In this document: in pieces, positions 58,940 through 64,000 of the stretch
Numbering within the stretch: the stretch's first letter is position 1
Layout: every line of letters starts with the position of its first letter
Assembly (NCBI GenBank): GCA_050873265.1
Contig: JBNMIL010000001.1
Span: 1,606 to 65,605, forward strand
DNA length: 64,000 nucleotides
Reading direction: 5' to 3'
Source of the DNA: Angelakisella sp.
Lineage (GTDB): Bacteria; Bacillota; Clostridia; Oscillospirales; Ruminococcaceae
Notes under the pieces: generated by a model
The model's database searches: none
The model's input: only the letters and a program-made list of their open reading frames with translations
Told to the model about the DNA's origin: nothing
Program-made: the position numbers and the translations under genes

Positions 58940-60229
58940 TCATGCCTCCGGCAGCTTGACCAGTCCGGCATCACACATTTTTTGCAGCGACATCAGGATA
59001 CCCAGCTTGGCATGTGCCCAGGTAAGACCACCCTGATAATAGATAGCATACGGCTCACGGATAGGTCCATCGGCGGAAAGCTCGATGGAGGAGCCCTGCA
59101 CAAAGGCGCCCGCCGCCATAATGACCTCGGAATCGTAGCCCGGCATGGGGTATGGCTCCGGCGTTACATAGCTATCCACCGGCGCGGCGCTCTGCACGCC
59201 CTTACAGAAGGCGACCATTGCCTCCTTACTGCGCAGCTCTATTGCCTGAATGATATCATGGCGCGTTTCGGTAGAGGCGGGAACGCAGCGGTAGCCCAGT
59301 TTTTCGTAAACGCTGGCAGCAAAGATCGCGCCCTTTACCGCAGAAGCAGTAACGGTAGGTGCCAGGAAAAAGCCCTGGAAGAAAGACTGCATCAGCCCCA
59401 GCGTCGCGCCCAGCTCCGCACCCAGCCCGGGCGCCGTCAGGCGGTAAGCGCACTGCTCTACACACTCCTGCGTGCCGCAGATATAACCGCCGGTCGGCGC
59501 CAGTCCGCCGCCGGGATTTTTGATGAGGGAGCCGACGATCATATCCGCCCCCACATCGCTCGGTTCGATGATCTCGGTAAATTCGCCGTAGCAGTTATCG
59601 ATCATGCAGATAACTCCGGGCTTGATCTCCTTTACAAAGCGGATCAGCTCGCCGATCTGCTGTACCGAGAAGGTGGGACGGGTCGCGTAGCCCTTGGAAC
59701 GCTGAATGGTGACCAGCTTGGTCTTTTCATTGATCGCCTTGCGGATATTCTCATAGTCAAAGGTACCGTCGGGGAGCAGCTCGGTCTCGCGGTAGGTGAT
59801 GCCGAATTCCGCCAGCGAGCCTTTGCCGGGGCGGATCCCGATGACCTCCTCCAGCGTATCGTAGGGGCGTCCCACCGGTGAATACAGCTCATCGCCCGGA
59901 CGGAGGTTCGCCGCCAGCGCCAGCGCCAGTGCGTGTGTACCGCAGGTGATCTGCGGGCGTACCAGCGCCGCCTCGGTATGGAAGGTATCGGCATAAACCT
60001 TTTCCAGTGCCTCACGCCCGATATCATTGTAGCCATAGCCGGTAGATGCCGCAAAGCACTCCGCACTGACACGGTTTTTCTGCATAGCGGCTACGACCTT
60101 TGCCTGATTATACTCCGCGATCGCGTCGATCTCGGCAAAACGGGGCTTCAGCTCCTCCTCGGCAAAACGGCAGAAATCCAACACCGCACTGCTGATGCCC
60201 ATTTCGTGATAAATCTTTTGTGTATCCAT
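58940..60229 (-). CDS. methionine gamma-lyase family protein (YnbB/aluminium-resistance type)
   Basis: TGYGYNDIGR, GTHAL, IQRSKGY, DNCYGEF, GSLIKNPGGG, ELSADGP. Confidence 0.93.
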   Translation of the reverse strand: MDTQKIYHEMGISSAVLDFCRFAEEELKPRFAEIDAIAEYNQAKVVAAMQKNRVSAECFAASTGYGYNDIGREALEKVYADTFHTEAALVRPQITCGTHALALALAANLRPGDELYSPVGRPYDTLEEVIGIRPGKGSLAEFGITYRETELLPDGTFDYENIRKAINEKTKLVTIQRSKGYATRPTFSVQQIGELIRFVKEIKPGVICMIDNCYGEFTEIIEPSDVGADMIVGSLIKNPGGGLAPTGGYICGTQECVEQCAYRLTAPGLGAELGATLGLMQSFFQGFFLAPTVTASAVKGAIFAASVYEKLGYRCVPASTETRHDIIQAIELRSKEAMVAFCKGVQSAAPVDSYVTPEPYPMPGYDSEVIMAAGAFVQGSSIELSADGPIREPYAIYYQGGLTWAHAKLGILMSLQKMCDAGLVKLPEA

Positions 60230-60241
60230 TGTTGTTACTCC

Positions 60242-60490
60242 TTATTCCTCTTTCGATGAATTGACCTTCCCCAGTATCTCCATGGCGACATTGTTCAGCA
60301 CCTCGGCTCTTGCCAGCACGATTCCGTTTTCCTCATCGCCCAGTACCAGCAGGCTATCCCCGGGGCTGAGCCCGAATACCTGCCGTGCCTCCTTGGGGAT
60401 CACGATCTGACCTTTATCACCGATCTTTACGGTGCCAAATACATGCTTTCCCTTTGGCATACCGCTAAGAATATGCTTTCCCTTTGGCAT
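60242..60490 (-). CDS. AbrB/MazE/SpoVT family DNA-binding protein
   Basis: FGTVKIGDKGQIVIPKEARQVFGL.PGD. Confidence 0.9.
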   Translation of the reverse strand: MPKGKHILSGMPKGKHVFGTVKIGDKGQIVIPKEARQVFGLSPGDSLLVLGDEENGIVLARAEVLNNVAMEILGKVNSSKEE

Positions 60491-60491
60491 A
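60443..60491. repeat. 19-bp direct repeat at 30-bp spacing at the gene start
   Basis: ATGCTTTCCCTTTGGCATA at 60443 and 60473; encodes MPKGKH twice. Confidence 0.85.
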
Positions 60492-60637
60492 GCGGCTCCC
60501 CTTTCTTCTCACTTTTCCCACTTTTCCTACATGTGCATACCTGTCTATTATAAACTCTCTTTGCCAAAAGTCAACTGTATTTGCAAAAGAAAACAGGCGA
60601 AACTCCCCGTCCCGCCTGCATTTCTATTGTGTAAAGC

Positions 60638-61228
60638 TCAGTCACTTTCCACTACACTTTCGATGACCTGCCGCAGCTCCTCTATTCCCTTCCCGTTCAT
60701 GGAGGATACGGGGAACAGCGTGACCTGATCTCCGCAGGGGATCTCGGTGCGAATCTCCTCCAGACGGGCTTTCAGCTGGTTATTGGTCAGCTTATCGGTC
60801 TTGGTAAGCACCACCGCAAAGGGCAGTTCACTGTCAATGAGGAAATCCAGCATGGTAAGGTCGTCGGCGCTGGGGGCATGACGGATATCCAAAAGCGAAA
60901 GCACCAGCCGGATATCCCGATCCTGATGAAAGTAACCCTCGATCAGCCCCGACCAACGGCGGCGCTCACTGTCGCTCACCTTGGCGTAACCGTAACCGGG
61001 CAGATCGGCAAAGCGCGCCGTATCCCCGCACCGGAAGAAGTTAATGGTAGAGGTCTTGCCGGGGGTGGCGCTGACACGCGCCAGCTGCTTCTGGTTAAAG
61101 ACCTTATTGATGAGGGAGGACTTTCCCACATTGCTGCGCCCCGCAAAGACGACCTCCGGCAGCGTGCTTTCCGGCAGCTGACTTGCCAGACCGCAGGAAA
61201 GCTCGTATTTTACCAGATGAAAATTCAC
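60638..61228 (-). CDS. yihA: ribosome biogenesis GTPase YihA/YsxC
   Basis: GRSNVGKSS, PGKT, DLPGYG, TKTDK; follows lon. Confidence 0.96.
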   Translation of the reverse strand: MNFHLVKYELSCGLASQLPESTLPEVVFAGRSNVGKSSLINKVFNQKQLARVSATPGKTSTINFFRCGDTARFADLPGYGYAKVSDSERRRWSGLIEGYFHQDRDIRLVLSLLDIRHAPSADDLTMLDFLIDSELPFAVVLTKTDKLTNNQLKARLEEIRTEIPCGDQVTLFPVSSMNGKGIEELRQVIESVVESD

Positions 61229-61252
61229 GGTTTTATTCCTCCCTTTTGTTTT

Positions 61253-63676
61253 TCAGCGGCACAGCACCGCCGAGGTATTTTCCTTATGCTCCGCAGCGGC
61301 GGCGTGGTAGCCGCGTTTTTTGGCGATTTCGGGCATACGCACCAGCGCCTGCTCCAGCACCTCCTCCATGGTGTGTACCGGCACAAAATGAACCGCTTTC
61401 TTCACCACATCGTCGATCTCCGCCAGATCCGGCTCGTTTGCCGCCGGTATAATAACGGTTTTGATGCCATTCTTATAGGCTGCCATGCTCTTTTCCCGCA
61501 GACCGCCGATGGCAAGCACTCTGCCGCGCAGGGTGATCTCACCGGTCATTGCCACATCATGCCGCACAGGAATATTCCCCAGTGCTGAAATAAGCGCCGT
61601 GCAAGTAGTAATGCCGGCGGAGGGACCGTCCTTTGGCACCGCACCCTCGGGGAAGTGGATATGGATATCCTTATCCTTGTAGAAGGTGTTTTCGATCTCG
61701 TAGCGCTCCGCTACCGAGCGGATATAGGTGATGGCTGCCACTACCGACTCCTTCATCACATCGCCCAACGAGCCGGTCGTGATGGTCTTGCCGGTGCCGG
61801 GCACTACAGCAGCTTCCACCTGCAGCAGCTCGCCGCCTACGGCAGTCCATGCCAGACCGTTTACCAGCCCGACGCAGTCCTCCTTGGGGACAATGTCCTC
61901 GGTGATGTAGCGCGGTCCCAGATAATCCGGCAGTTCCGCCGACTTGATGGTGATTTTTTCGGTTGCTTCCCCTGCCACTACCTTGGCGGCTACCTTGCGG
62001 CACAGTGCGGCAAGGCGGCGCTCCAGAGTACGCACGCCGGCTTCTCTGGTATAGTGGTCGATCAGATCATAGATGGCGCCATCTGTTACGGCGATCTGCT
62101 GGGCAGTAAGCCCATGGCGCTCCCGCTGCTTAGGCAGCAGGTGACGCTTCGCGATCTGGAACTTTTCCTCGCGGGTGTAGCTGGGCAGCTCAATGACCTC
62201 CATACGGTCCAGCAGTGCCGGCGGAATGGCACTGCGGTCATTCGCCGTGGCAATGAAGAAGACATGGGAAAGATCGAACGGCATTTCGATATAATGGTCA
62301 CGGAAGGTGCAGTTCTGCTCGGCGTCCAGCACCTCCAGCAGGGCGGAGGAGGGATCGCCGCGGTAATCGTTGCTCAGCTTATCCACCTCATCCAGCAGCA
62401 GCACCGGATTGGCACTGCCTGCCTGCTTGATGGCATTGATGATACGCCCCGGCATACTGCCCACATAGGTTTTACGGTGACCTCTGATCTCGGATTCATC
62501 TTTGATGCCGCCCAGCGCGATACGGGCATAGCGTCGTCCCATCGTCTGCGCGATGCTGCGCACGATGGAGGTCTTGCCGACACCGGGAGGACCTACAAAG
62601 CAGAGGATCTGCCCGTTGATATCCGGCGCCAGCGCACGGACCGCCAGTGCCTCCAGCACACGCTCCTTGATCTTCTTCAGACCGTAGTGCTCTTTATCCA
62701 GCAGCTTTGCCGCTTTCTTGAGGTCGATGACATCTTTGGTATAGCAGCCCCACGGCAGCTCCAGACAGGTCTCCAGATAGCCGCGGATCACCGCCGCCTC
62801 CTGCGAATTGGGCGGCATTTTCTCCAGATGGCCGACCTCTTTCAGCAGCTTTTCCTTGTTTTCATCGGTGGTCAGCAGCGCTTTTATCTTCTCACGGAAT
62901 TCATCGGGCTCCTCAAAGGCGGCGTCGCCCTCGCCCAGCTCCTCGTTGATGACGCGAAGCTGTTCCCGCAGGTAGTAGTCGCGCTGGTTTTTATCCATCG
63001 CTTCCTTTACACGATCCTGAATGTCCGCCTCCAGTGCCAGGATCTCATTCTCACTCTCCAAGAGCTGCGCGATGATCTCCGGCCGGCGGCGGGTGCTGTT
63101 CTGTTCCAGCAGACGCTGCTTATCCTGCACCTCAAAGGGAATGTTGCCCGCTATGTACTCCGCGATCAGTGCCGGATCATCGCAGTCCAGTATGTTATCC
63201 ACGATCTCCTTCGGCATGCGGGGCGCAAGGCTTACATATTCGTCAAAAAGGTCTTTGACAGTGCGTACCAGCGCGTCACTGAACGGGCGGTTGGCAATAC
63301 GTCCCGCAGCGGGATACGGCAGGATCTCGCCTACCGAGGCGTGTTCCTCCTCAAACATATCCATCAGCTTGCCGCGGTAGCAGCCCTCTACCAGCACCCG
63401 CAGCGATTCGCCCTGCGAGCGCACGATCTGGCGGATCTCCGCCACCGTGCCTACTTTATACAAACCGTCCATCGACGGGTTTTCTTCATTCTGATCGATC
63501 TGTGCCACCAAAAAGATCTTGCGGTCGCCGTTCATCGCCATATTCAATGCGTGCAGCGATTTTTCACGACCTACATCAAAGTGCAGCACCATATGCGGGA
63601 ATAGAACCAGCCCCCGCAGCGCCAGCACCGGAACACGCTCCGGCACCATATCGGTATTTTTCCTGTTTTTCTCCAT
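61253..63676 (-). CDS. lon: ATP-dependent protease La
   Basis: LON N-domain, [29 protein letters not shown]. Confidence 0.98.
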   Translation of the reverse strand: MEKNRKNTDMVPERVPVLALRGLVLFPHMVLHFDVGREKSLHALNMAMNGDRKIFLVAQIDQNEENPSMDGLYKVGTVAEIRQIVRSQGESLRVLVEGCYRGKLMDMFEEEHASVGEILPYPAAGRIANRPFSDALVRTVKDLFDEYVSLAPRMPKEIVDNILDCDDPALIAEYIAGNIPFEVQDKQRLLEQNSTRRRPEIIAQLLESENEILALEADIQDRVKEAMDKNQRDYYLREQLRVINEELGEGDAAFEEPDEFREKIKALLTTDENKEKLLKEVGHLEKMPPNSQEAAVIRGYLETCLELPWGCYTKDVIDLKKAAKLLDKEHYGLKKIKERVLEALAVRALAPDINGQILCFVGPPGVGKTSIVRSIAQTMGRRYARIALGGIKDESEIRGHRKTYVGSMPGRIINAIKQAGSANPVLLLDEVDKLSNDYRGDPSSALLEVLDAEQNCTFRDHYIEMPFDLSHVFFIATANDRSAIPPALLDRMEVIELPSYTREEKFQIAKRHLLPKQRERHGLTAQQIAVTDGAIYDLIDHYTREAGVRTLERRLAALCRKVAAKVVAGEATEKITIKSAELPDYLGPRYITEDIVPKEDCVGLVNGLAWTAVGGELLQVEAAVVPGTGKTITTGSLGDVMKESVVAAITYIRSVAERYEIENTFYKDKDIHIHFPEGAVPKDGPSAGITTCTALISALGNIPVRHDVAMTGEITLRGRVLAIGGLREKSMAAYKNGIKTVIIPAANEPDLAEIDDVVKKAVHFVPVHTMEEVLEQALVRMPEIAKKRGYHAAAAEHKENTSAVLCR

Positions 63677-63830
63677 AGCTTTTGCCTCCCTTCACTATGG
63701 TTCTTCGTACAAAATGATGATTGAACAAGGGGCTATATGGGATCTATTGATCCCAAACAGCCCCCGATCCATGTCATTATCCATCGGCGCGTATCCCGCC
63801 TTACAGCAAGGATATGCAGCCGGTCGTCAT

Positions 63831-64000
63831 TTAAGAAACAGCACCGCGACGGCGCTTCTGCGCCGGTGTGCCGGGCAGCCGCAGCTGCAGTCTTGTCGGC
63901 TGTTTCATGGGGTCACGCATGATCATTGCGTCCCCAACACCGTTTACCATATCGGCTGTGATGACGATATGCGCTACCGTACCGTCGGAGGGGGCTTCGA
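63831..64000 (-). CDS. clpX: probable ClpX C-terminus (runs off window end)
   Basis: Manual translation FEAPSDGTVAHIVITADMV...RRRGAVS* resembles the ClpX tail; conserved clpX-lon-yihA order. Confidence 0.65.
   Translation of the reverse strand, partial: EAPSDGTVAHIVITADMVNGVGDAMIMRDPMKQPTRLQLRLPGTPAQKRRRGAVS

Noticed and set aside
1-64000. CRISPR array, tRNA, rRNA, prophage structural genes
   Set aside because: No regularly spaced repeats, cloverleaf or rRNA signatures, or capsid/tail genes seen; intergenic gaps are short

Overview
Chromosomal window from a spore-forming Clostridia bacterium, probably an Oscillospiraceae/Ruminococcaceae-type gut organism (inferred from sporulation sigma factors, a bile salt hydrolase and gene order). 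Most genes lie on the minus strand. Core genes include rpsB-tsf, sigG-ylmC, the yabM-mazG-hup-yabO block, recJ-relA-dtd-hemZ, cdaA-cdaR, spoIIGA-sigE, nth, cobB, rlmD, pstSCAB-phoU and clpX-lon-yihA. The main accessory features are: (1) a complete yybP-ykoY (Mn2+) riboswitch that lies downstream of mntP and controls an orphan oadB/oadG-like pair with no alpha subunit; (2) a VanW + DltA-like + DltC-like operon without dltB/dltD, containing a perfect parS site; (3) a ~6.6 kb internally deleted integrative mobilizable element in the 3' end of rlmD, whose att core is in frame in both rlmD and the serine integrase, so a ~100 aa domain swaps between the two proteins; (4) a 105-nt hairpin-rich in-frame insertion in a small element gene; (5) a yedE/yedF/DUF3343 cassette; (6) an AT-richer ABC exporter/LytTR islet. 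No rRNA, tRNA or CRISPR array was seen. All calls come from reading motifs by eye, without database searches.
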